DNA from: Pseudonocardiaceae bacterium
GTDB taxonomy: Bacteria; Actinomycetota; Actinomycetes; Mycobacteriales; Pseudonocardiaceae
Assembly (NCBI GenBank): GCA_046263115.1
Contig: JBHELN010000112.1
Coordinates: forward strand, 1-35,861
Direction of reading: 5' to 3'
DNA: 35,861 nucleotides
Part shown: in pieces, positions 35,283 to 35,861 of the stretch
Layout of the letters: the number at the start of each line of letters is the position of its first letter
How positions within the stretch are numbered: the stretch's first letter is position 1
Notes under the pieces: model-generated
What the model saw: only the letters and a program-made list of their open reading frames with translations
The model's database searches: none
What the model was told of the DNA's origin: nothing
Made by a program: the position numbers and the translations under genes

Positions 35283-35861
35283 ATGGCGATCCGTACCGCC
35301 CCATGGCCTGCTGGCACACCGTGCTGGATAGACCTCGCTGTTCCCGACGTCGACGCCGCCAAGGAGTTCTACGCCGCCGTTTTGGGCTGGACCTACATCG
35401 ATAGCGGCGAGGAGTTCGGCCACTATCAGATGTGTCAACGCGACGGCCACTCCGCAGCGGGCATCGGCCCACAGCAGAGTCCCGACCAGCCGCCTGCGTG
35501 GACAACCTACCTCGCTAGCGACGCTGTCGACAGCAGCGCGCAGCAGATCGCCGACAATGGCGGGAAGCTCCTCGCCGGCCCCTTCGACGTGGCCGGTGCG
35601 GGCCGGATGTGCATCGCGCTGGACGCGCAGGGCGCCGTCTTCAGGGTATGGCAGGCCGGGGGTCACATCGGCGCGGAGGTCTACAACGAGCCCGGATCGC
35701 TCGTGTGGACCGAAGCCGCGCTTCCCGATCCCGACGCGGGCAGGCACTTTTACGCTGCGGTGTTTGACTACTCATATCAGCCTGTCGAGGGCGCCGGCTC
35801 GGAGTACACCACCTTCCATCGAGGCGGCGACCCGCTCGGTGGTATCGGCGGCTTGGACTAC
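35283..35861 (+). CDS. VOC (glyoxalase / bleomycin-resistance / dioxygenase) family protein, 3'-truncated by the window end
   Basis: Not in the ORF track because no stop lies within the window. My own translation from ATG 35283 (SD AAGGAGG 6 nt upstream) gives MAIRTAPWPAGTPCWIDLAVPDVDAAKEFYAAVLGW...GRMCIALDAQGAVFRVWQ... The repeated halves are typical of two-domain VOC proteins. Confidence 0.8.
   Translation, partial: MAIRTAPWPAGTPCWIDLAVPDVDAAKEFYAAVLGWTYIDSGEEFGHYQMCQRDGHSAAGIGPQQSPDQPPAWTTYLASDAVDSSAQQIADNGGKLLAGPFDVAGAGRMCIALDAQGAVFRVWQAGGHIGAEVYNEPGSLVWTEAALPDPDAGRHFYAAVFDYSYQPVEGAGSEYTTFHRGGDPLGGIGGLDY

Overview
High-G+C actinobacterial core-chromosome segment with about 38 protein genes, mostly on the minus strand. 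By eye I found no rRNA, tRNA, CRISPR array, transposase or integrase. As I recall it, gene order parallels the M. tuberculosis Rv3226c-Rv3262 region. On the left are SRAP/hydrolase, aroA-rsgA, a GNAT, pruA, a TrmH-type methyltransferase and an Rv3235-like gene. A long minus-strand run follows: whiB, polytopic membrane protein, then DUF3499, manB, Trm112, SIS protein, manA, CDF transporter, stand-alone biotin carboxylase, tmk, mtrA, mtrB, lpqB, comF, hpf, secA. On the right are an M50 protease, YihY/BrkB, fbiA-fbiB (F420), NUDIX, YnfA, an O-methyltransferase and a truncated VOC gene. Several long ORF-track entries were trimmed to internal starts using conserved N-termini, Shine-Dalgarno spacing and neighbour stop codons. 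I do not see a new multi-gene system such as a defence island, BGC or mobile element; this looks like housekeeping DNA. The main structure not explained by genes is a dispersed family of short GC-rich tandem repeats. The unit is 21-22 bp with core GGCGCGAC(A/T)CACCGGG, and there is a 16-bp variant. It occupies at least four intergenic gaps (about 6229-6350, 8601-8665, 18536-18601, 28353-28432), mostly abutting stop codons of minus-strand genes. Two units about 10 kb apart match at 18 of 19 positions. Every unit carries GACAC or GACTC, and GACAC is, as I recall, the reported Streptomyces WhiA motif; two of the arrays or palindromes flank whiB here. Other points worth a second look: a conserved RsgA N-terminal block with no canonical start (only a CTG overlapping the aroA stop), a CTTGTTCGGCC x4 array in a divergent promoter gap, a 15-bp x10 repeat encoding the MtrB C-terminal tail, and an orphan AccC-type biotin carboxylase plus CDF transporter where mycobacteria carry sahH.
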